Sequence record: ON239131 | Reading direction: 5' to 3' (one strand) | DNA from: Escherichia phage S164 | Length of the DNA stretch: 30,272 nt | Shown: positions 25,492 to 30,272 of the stretch, piece by piece | How positions within the stretch are numbered: the stretch's first letter is position 1 | Layout of the letters: every line of letters starts with the position of its first letter | Notes under the pieces: model-generated | Seen by the model: only the letters and a program-made list of their open reading frames with translations | Databases searched by the model: none | What the model was told of the DNA's origin: nothing | Program-made: the position numbers and the translations under genes

Positions 25492-27766
25492 AGCCTCCGG
25501 GCGTTTTGTCCCTCCGTCAGCATTTGCCGCAGGCACCGGTGAGACGTTTACCGGTGCTTATGCATGGAACGCGCCACGCGAGGCCGTCGGGCGCGAAAGA
25601 CCCCTTACACGTGACGAGATGCGTCAGGTGCAAGGTGTTTTATCCACGATTAATCGCCTGCCTTACTTTTTGCGCTCGCTGTTTACTTCACGCTATGACT
25701 ACATCCGGCGCAATAAAAGCCCGGTGCACGGGTTTTATTTCCTCACATCCACTTTTCAGCGCCGTTTATGGCCGCGTATTGAGCGCGTGAATCAGCGCCA
25801 TGAAATGAACACCGACGCGTCGTTGCTGTTTCTGGCAGAGCGTGACCATTATGCGCGTCTGCCGGGGATGAATGACAAGGAGCTGAAAAAGTTTGCCGCC
25901 CGTATCTCATCGCAGCTTTTCATGATGTATGAGGAACTCTGCGATGCATGGGTTGATGCACATGGCGAGAAAGAATCGCTGTTTACAGATGAGGCGCAGG
26001 CGCATCTGTATGGTCATGTTGCTGGCGCTGCACGTGCTTTCAATATTTCCCCTCTCTACTGGAAAAAATACCGTAAAGGACAGATGACCACGAGGCAGGC
26101 ATATTCTGCCATTGCCCGTCTGTTTAACGATGAGTGGTGGACTCATCAGCTTAAAGGCCAGCGTATGCGCTGGCATGAGGCGTTACTGATTGCTGTCGGG
26201 GAGGTCAATAAAGACCGTTCTCCTTATGCCAGTAAACATGCCATTCGTGATGTGCGTGCACGCCGCCAGGCAAATCTGGAATTTCTTAAATCGTGTGACC
26301 TCGAAAACAGGGAAACCGGCGAGCGCATCGATCTTATCAGTAAGGTGATGGGCAGTATTTCTAATCCTGAAATTCGCCGGATGGAGCTGATGAACACCAT
26401 CGCCGGTATTGAGCGTTACGCCGCCGCAGAGGGTGATGTGGGGATGTTTATCACTCTGACCGCGCCGTCAAAGTATCACCCGACACGTCAGGTCGGAAAA
26501 GGCGAAAGTAAAACCGTCCAGCTAAATCACGGCTGGAATGATGAGGCATTTAATCCAAAGGATGCGCAGCGTTATCTCTGCCGCATCTGGAGCCTGATGC
26601 GCACGGCATTCAAGGATAATGATTTACAGGTCTACGGTTTGCGAGTCGTCGAGCCACACCACGACGGAACGCCGCACTGGCATATGATGCTTTTTTGTAA
26701 TCCACGCCAGCGTAACCAGATTATCGAAATCATGCGTCGCTATGCGCTCAAAGAGGATGGTGACGAAAGAGGAGCCGCGCGAAACCGTTTTCAGGCAAAA
26801 CACCTTAACCGGGGCGGTGCTGCGGGATATATCGCGAAATACATCTCAAAAAACATCGATGGCTATGCACTGGATGGTCAGCTCGATAACGATACCGGCA
26901 GGCCGCTGAAAGACACTGCCGCGGCTGTTACCGCATGGGCGTCAACGTGGCGCATTCCGCAATTTAAAACGGTTGGCCTGCCGACAATGGGGGCTTACCG
27001 TGAACTACGCAAATTGCCTCGCGGCGTCAGCATTGCTGATGAGTTTGACGAACGCGTCGAGGCTGCACGCGCTGCCGCAGACAGTGGTGATTTTGCGTTG
27101 TATATCAGCGCGCAGGGTGGGGCAAATGTTCCGCGCGATTGTCAGACTGTCAGGGTTGCCCGTAGTCCGTCGGATGAAGTTAACGAGTACGAGGAAGAAG
27201 TCGAGAGAGTGGTCGGCATTTACGCGCCGCATCTCGGCGCGCGTCATATTCATATCACCAGAACGACGGACTGGCGCATTGTTCCGAAAGTGCCGGTCGT
27301 TGAGCCTTTGACTTTAAAAAGCGGCATCGCCGCGCCTCGGAGTCCTGTCAATAACTGTGGAAAGCTCACCGGTGGTGATACTTCGTTACCGGCTCCCACA
27401 CCTTCTGAGCACGCCGCAGCAGTGCTAAATCTGGTTGATGACGGTGTTATCGAATGGAATGACCCGGAGGTTGTGAGGACGCTCAGGGGTGCATTAAAAC
27501 ACGGCCTGAAAACACCAAATCGTCAGCAAAGAAACGGAAGCCCGTTAAAACCACATGAAATAGCACCGTCGGCCAGACTGACCCGGTCGGAACGATTGCA
27601 AATTACCCGTATCCGCGTTGACCTCGCTCAGAACGGTATCAGGCCGCAACGATGGGAGCTTGAGGCGCTGGCGCGTGGCGCGACAGTAAATTATGACGGG
27701 AAAAAATTCACGTATCCGGTCGCTGATGAGTGGTCGGGATTCTCAACAGTAATGGAGTGGACATGA
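25481..27766 (+). CDS. A: Rolling-circle replication initiator endonuclease, P2 gpA
   Basis: Starting at MAVKASGRFVPPSAFAAGTG gives 761 aa, equal to P2 A. It contains the HUH-type histidine motif GTPHWHMMLF and tyrosine-containing GAAGYIAKYISKN. The ORF-track start at 25439 adds 14 aa. Confidence 0.9.
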   Translation: MAVKASGRFVPPSAFAAGTGETFTGAYAWNAPREAVGRERPLTRDEMRQVQGVLSTINRLPYFLRSLFTSRYDYIRRNKSPVHGFYFLTSTFQRRLWPRIERVNQRHEMNTDASLLFLAERDHYARLPGMNDKELKKFAARISSQLFMMYEELCDAWVDAHGEKESLFTDEAQAHLYGHVAGAARAFNISPLYWKKYRKGQMTTRQAYSAIARLFNDEWWTHQLKGQRMRWHEALLIAVGEVNKDRSPYASKHAIRDVRARRQANLEFLKSCDLENRETGERIDLISKVMGSISNPEIRRMELMNTIAGIERYAAAEGDVGMFITLTAPSKYHPTRQVGKGESKTVQLNHGWNDEAFNPKDAQRYLCRIWSLMRTAFKDNDLQVYGLRVVEPHHDGTPHWHMMLFCNPRQRNQIIEIMRRYALKEDGDERGAARNRFQAKHLNRGGAAGYIAKYISKNIDGYALDGQLDNDTGRPLKDTAAAVTAWASTWRIPQFKTVGLPTMGAYRELRKLPRGVSIADEFDERVEAARAAADSGDFALYISAQGGANVPRDCQTVRVARSPSDEVNEYEEEVERVVGIYAPHLGARHIHITRTTDWRIVPKVPVVEPLTLKSGIAAPRSPVNNCGKLTGGDTSLPAPTPSEHAAAVLNLVDDGVIEWNDPEVVRTLRGALKHGLKTPNRQQRNGSPLKPHEIAPSARLTRSERLQITRIRVDLAQNGIRPQRWELEALARGATVNYDGKKFTYPVADEWSGFSTVMEWT

Positions 27767-28218
27767 TGGCAAAAATTCACGAGGTAAAGCTGCACGCAAA
27801 ATATTTCGACCTTGTGCTGGAAGGAAAGAAACGCGCAGAGTTTCGGAAAAATGACCGTAATTATGAGCGCGGGGACACGTTGATTTTGCATGAATGGGGG
27901 CAGGGTGTGTATACGGGGCGAAAGGTTGAAGCCCGGATAACAGATGTTACTGACCTGTCAGACTGGCTGGAAGATTATGTCTTGCTAAGTATTGAGCTGC
28001 TTAATACAGGCGCATATGAGATTGTGAACAGGAAAGAACTTAGTGAGCGTGGTCTGTTATTCAGAATTAATCATGAAATTATGCATAAGCTCGGCCTTGC
28101 TGTTATGTATGAACCAGAGACGGGAATGTCTGGCGGGGCAATGGTTGCCACGGATGGAGCATGGAACTATTCAGATGAACAGATGGAGCGTGCACAGCAA
28201 AACGGGTGGCTTGGATAA
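27763..28218 (+). CDS. DUF3850/ASCH-like (PUA-fold) protein with an extra C-terminal domain; first gene of the A-to-cos accessory locus
   Basis: Its start, ATGATGG, overlaps the A stop. The N-terminus KIHEVKLHAKYFDLVLEGKKRAEFRKNDRNYERGDTLILHEW fits the DUF3850/ASCH signature pattern (KxHELKxxxxYFxxVxxGxKxFEIRKNDRxFxxGDxLxLxEW). 151 aa. Confidence 0.6.
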   Translation: MMAKIHEVKLHAKYFDLVLEGKKRAEFRKNDRNYERGDTLILHEWGQGVYTGRKVEARITDVTDLSDWLEDYVLLSIELLNTGAYEIVNRKELSERGLLFRINHEIMHKLGLAVMYEPETGMSGGAMVATDGAWNYSDEQMERAQQNGWLG

Positions 28219-28424
28219 TGCACAGAATACCAGGCGAGATACCGCACCATAAAACTAAAAATATCAAGCTGATGGCTATTGTTCAGCGTTTACAGCGGAT
28301 TATGGTCAACGAAAATCTGACGCCCGATGAGCTAGTCGGGTGTGCCGAAATAGTCCGGGATAATTACGGGCGGTTTAACTATATCGGTCAGTCCAGAGTT
28401 GCGCCACCACCACGCAGACGATAG
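28218..28424 (+). CDS. Small hypothetical protein, translationally coupled to the DUF3850 gene
   Basis: The ATG at 28218 overlaps the upstream TAA. 68 aa, with a basic PPPRRR C-terminus. The ORF-track start at 28206 is a GTG. Confidence 0.45.
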   Translation: MHRIPGEIPHHKTKNIKLMAIVQRLQRIMVNENLTPDELVGCAEIVRDNYGRFNYIGQSRVAPPPRRR

Positions 28425-28427
28425 ATA

Positions 28428-28470
28428 ACGCCGCCAGTCGTGAAACTTGTTTTCAGGGCTGGCGGCGTTG
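28428..28470 (+). terminator. Stem-loop with an 11-bp perfect inverted repeat (AACGCCGCCAG...CTGGCGGCGTT) closing the A operon
   Basis: Seen directly. The 21-nt loop contains a T-rich stretch. It is part of the first copy of the 61-bp conserved element. Confidence 0.4.
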
Positions 28471-28495
28471 AACAACGAGTGAAGCGAGGCGTTAG
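28435..28495 (+). repeat. Copy A of a ~61-bp conserved intergenic element
   Basis: CAGTCGTGAAACTTGTTTTCAGGGCTGGCGGCGTTGAACAACGAGTGAAGCGAGGCGTTAG matches the copy at 29407-29467 at about 75% identity. Each copy begins 10-20 bp after a stop codon. Confidence 0.7.
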
Positions 28496-28653
28496 TTGAC
28501 ATTCATATTTTTACTGCGTTGGTGCTGTTTTTTGACGGTTGAAAGGAGTTATCTCGGAGAGCTAAAGCTAACAACTTACAAATATTCAAAAGTAAGCTTC
28601 CTGTTGCTAACATAAGGTCGATTTTTTATGTGGATGATGCAAAAAGGATAGCT

Positions 28654-29385
28654 ATGGATACTATAATCGCTTTTCTATCACTCGCTTTTTTTGTTGCTTT
28701 TTTCATCGGGTTAATCAAGCCATCACTGGTGCGAATGCCAAGCCGCAAACGTGCAAGTGCGGTTTATCTCGGAGGAGGTTTTGTATTGAGCATAATTGGT
28801 TCAATACTCTATCCAACAGAAAAAAGCCAGCCAGTTGCTAAAACTGAAACATCAACCGTTGTAGAACACCAAGTCCAAAAAACATTCGAATATGGTGAAA
28901 AAACACTCAAGGAATATCGGAGCGAGCCAAAGAAAACTCGACACGATATTGTGAATAGTTACATTGACTTTAAGAAAGTTCCAGTCACCGCATCAGATGC
29001 ATTTTATGCCTGCATGAGTGAGTATACATTTACCAAAGATGATGAGTTGAAACTCGGTGATGTTCTTGGGTGGTGCTTTAATGATTATGAAAATGACCCG
29101 AGTTCACTAAATAATAAAATCAATCTTGATACATTTCAGAGTAATTTTAGTGGTTGGGATGGTTCTTATCGTCCATTGGAAAAACTAATTAAAGATAATA
29201 TGAACGATGATTCATCTTATAAACATGTATCAACGGTATATCATTTAGTTTTGAATAAAGACCCGCACGCCATTGTGAAAACGACGTTTCGCGGCACTAA
29301 TGCTTATGGTGGCATGGTCAAACAGACTGTAGCAGCGCGAGTTGACGTGCGAACGGGTGAGATCGATTCAATACTCGACAATTAA
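28654..29385 (+). CDS. Hypothetical membrane protein (two N-terminal transmembrane helices, C-terminal soluble domain of about 180 aa): accessory cargo gene 1
   Basis: AT-rich ORF. MDTIIAFLSLAFFVAFFIGLI and AVYLGGGFVLSIIGSILY are hydrophobic helices separated by a positively charged loop. An AAAGGA ribosome-binding site stands 6 nt before ATG 28654; a GTG at 28630 is an alternative start. I recognise no family. Confidence 0.6.
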   Translation: MDTIIAFLSLAFFVAFFIGLIKPSLVRMPSRKRASAVYLGGGFVLSIIGSILYPTEKSQPVAKTETSTVVEHQVQKTFEYGEKTLKEYRSEPKKTRHDIVNSYIDFKKVPVTASDAFYACMSEYTFTKDDELKLGDVLGWCFNDYENDPSSLNNKINLDTFQSNFSGWDGSYRPLEKLIKDNMNDDSSYKHVSTVYHLVLNKDPHAIVKTTFRGTNAYGGMVKQTVAARVDVRTGEIDSILDN

Positions 29386-29406
29386 ATAATATAGTGACAG
29401 CTCCGT

Positions 29407-29467
29407 CAGTGATGAAACTTGCTTTTAGTCTTGGCGGGGTTGAGCAATGAGTCTTGCAAGGTGTTAG
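29407..29467 (+). repeat. Copy B of the ~61-bp conserved intergenic element
   Basis: CAGTGATGAAACTTGCTTTTAGTCTTGGCGGGGTTGAGCAATGAGTCTTGCAAGGTGTTAG. See copy A. Confidence 0.7.
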
Positions 29468-29468
29468 C

Positions 29469-30125
29469 ATGCGTAGAATGGAAGCTGCTTGGACGTGGGG
29501 TATTCATATGAATTTAAAAATTTTCGGCATAATTGTCCTTTCTGCTTTGATGTTCGTTTTAGGTTTTTTTCTCGGTGGTTTTAATTGGGAATGGGCTGAT
29601 AAGAATTATGCAGGTGAGGTGGCGTTGTGGAGTATGTTAGGAGGGTGGTTATCCGCAATTGCAACTCTGTTTGCCGTGTTGGTTTCATTATATATGGCGT
29701 ATCAAGCTACTCAGAATGAGATTGAAAAAATCAGGGTTACTCATGGAGTAAGTATGAGTGTCACTCATGACAATGAGTTAAGTTGTAATCTCATTATTCA
29801 GAACTTGAGAAATATGAAAGTGAATATTACTGGTGTTTTTTTGTCTCTAGGTAAATCATCAGGTAAGTACTCTTTGGATAAAGTAATTGACAATTGTAAT
29901 ATAACGCTTTCATATAAAGGTGAAACAGAAAAGGTACAATTTGTAATCCATTCTGGGTATATTTGGTGGTCAATGTATAAATTATTCGATATGGATAAGA
30001 ACATAGGTTTTGAAAAGGGTAAGATCTTTATAACAACCAACCTCAATACATATGAATTTGATTTGCCAAAAGAATATTTAAGAGCTTTTGAGAAAGCTTA
30101 TTCGGAGTATCAGACAAAAAAATAA
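29469..30125 (+). CDS. Hypothetical membrane protein (two N-terminal transmembrane helices plus a C-terminal domain): accessory cargo gene 2
   Basis: AT-rich ORF. IFGIIVLSALMFVLGFFLGGF and LGGWLSAIATLFAVLVSLYMAY are transmembrane helices. ATG 29469 has an AAGGTG ribosome-binding site; ATGs at 29454 and 29508 are alternatives. No recognisable similarity to cargo gene 1 or to any family I know. Confidence 0.55.
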   Translation: MRRMEAAWTWGIHMNLKIFGIIVLSALMFVLGFFLGGFNWEWADKNYAGEVALWSMLGGWLSAIATLFAVLVSLYMAYQATQNEIEKIRVTHGVSMSVTHDNELSCNLIIQNLRNMKVNITGVFLSLGKSSGKYSLDKVIDNCNITLSYKGETEKVQFVIHSGYIWWSMYKLFDMDKNIGFEKGKIFITTNLNTYEFDLPKEYLRAFEKAYSEYQTKK

Positions 30126-30132
30126 TGAGCTG

Positions 30133-30160
30133 CATGCAAAAGGTGCATGTTTTTGCATGT
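30133..30160 (+). terminator. Hairpin (CATGCAAAA...TTTTGCATG) after cargo gene 2
   Basis: A 9-bp inverted repeat directly after the stop codon. The trailing T tract is weak. Confidence 0.35.
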
Positions 30161-30254
30161 GCTAAGTTCACTGGTTTTGTGTATATCGCTTCAGATCTAG
30201 CGTGGTTCCGGGGAGGGCATGCAACTGCATTAAAACCGCTCCATGAAGCGGGCG

Positions 30255-30272
30255 GGCGAGGCGGGGAAAGCA
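30255..30272. other. cos: cos site, right copy (GGCGAGGCGGGGAAAGCA)
   Basis: Identical to bases 1-18, so the window is one genome unit plus the cohesive-end duplication. Confidence 0.8.

Noticed and set aside
1-30272. Searched for CRISPR arrays, tRNA/rRNA genes and IS elements
   Set aside because: No regularly spaced direct repeats, no cloverleaf-capable tRNA-like segments, and no transposase-like ORFs or terminal inverted repeats. The only repeats are the two 61-bp elements, the H tandem duplication, the inversion sites and cos.

Overview
The window is a complete P2-like (Peduovirus-type) temperate phage genome written cos-to-cos. The 19-nt P2 cohesive-end sequence GGCGAGGCGGGGAAAGCAC sits at bases 1-19 and recurs at 30255-30272, giving a unit genome of about 30,254 bp. 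Gene order and protein lengths follow P2 almost gene for gene: Q-P (minus strand), O-N-M-L-X-Y-K-lysA-lysB(lysC)-R-S-V-W-J-I-H-G, FI-FII-E(E')-T-U-D-ogr, int-C (minus strand), cox-B-orfs-A. Three regions depart from P2. First, the G/FI position (P2 Z/fun) holds a Gin/Pin/Hin-type serine invertase and a compact invertible tail-fibre segment with an alternative fibre C-terminus and a short alternative chaperone on the minus strand. Second, the immunity and integration module has a P2/186-family integrase, a P2-C-like repressor and a longer Cox-like protein. Third, the A-to-cos position (P2 tin/old, a known phage defence hotspot) holds no old or tin. It carries instead a DUF3850/ASCH-like protein, a small ORF, and an AT-rich island with two unrelated genes for N-terminal two-helix membrane proteins. 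Each of those two genes is preceded by a copy of a ~61-bp conserved element. I regard this island as the best candidate for an undescribed defence or superinfection-exclusion cargo. No rRNA, tRNA or CRISPR array is present.
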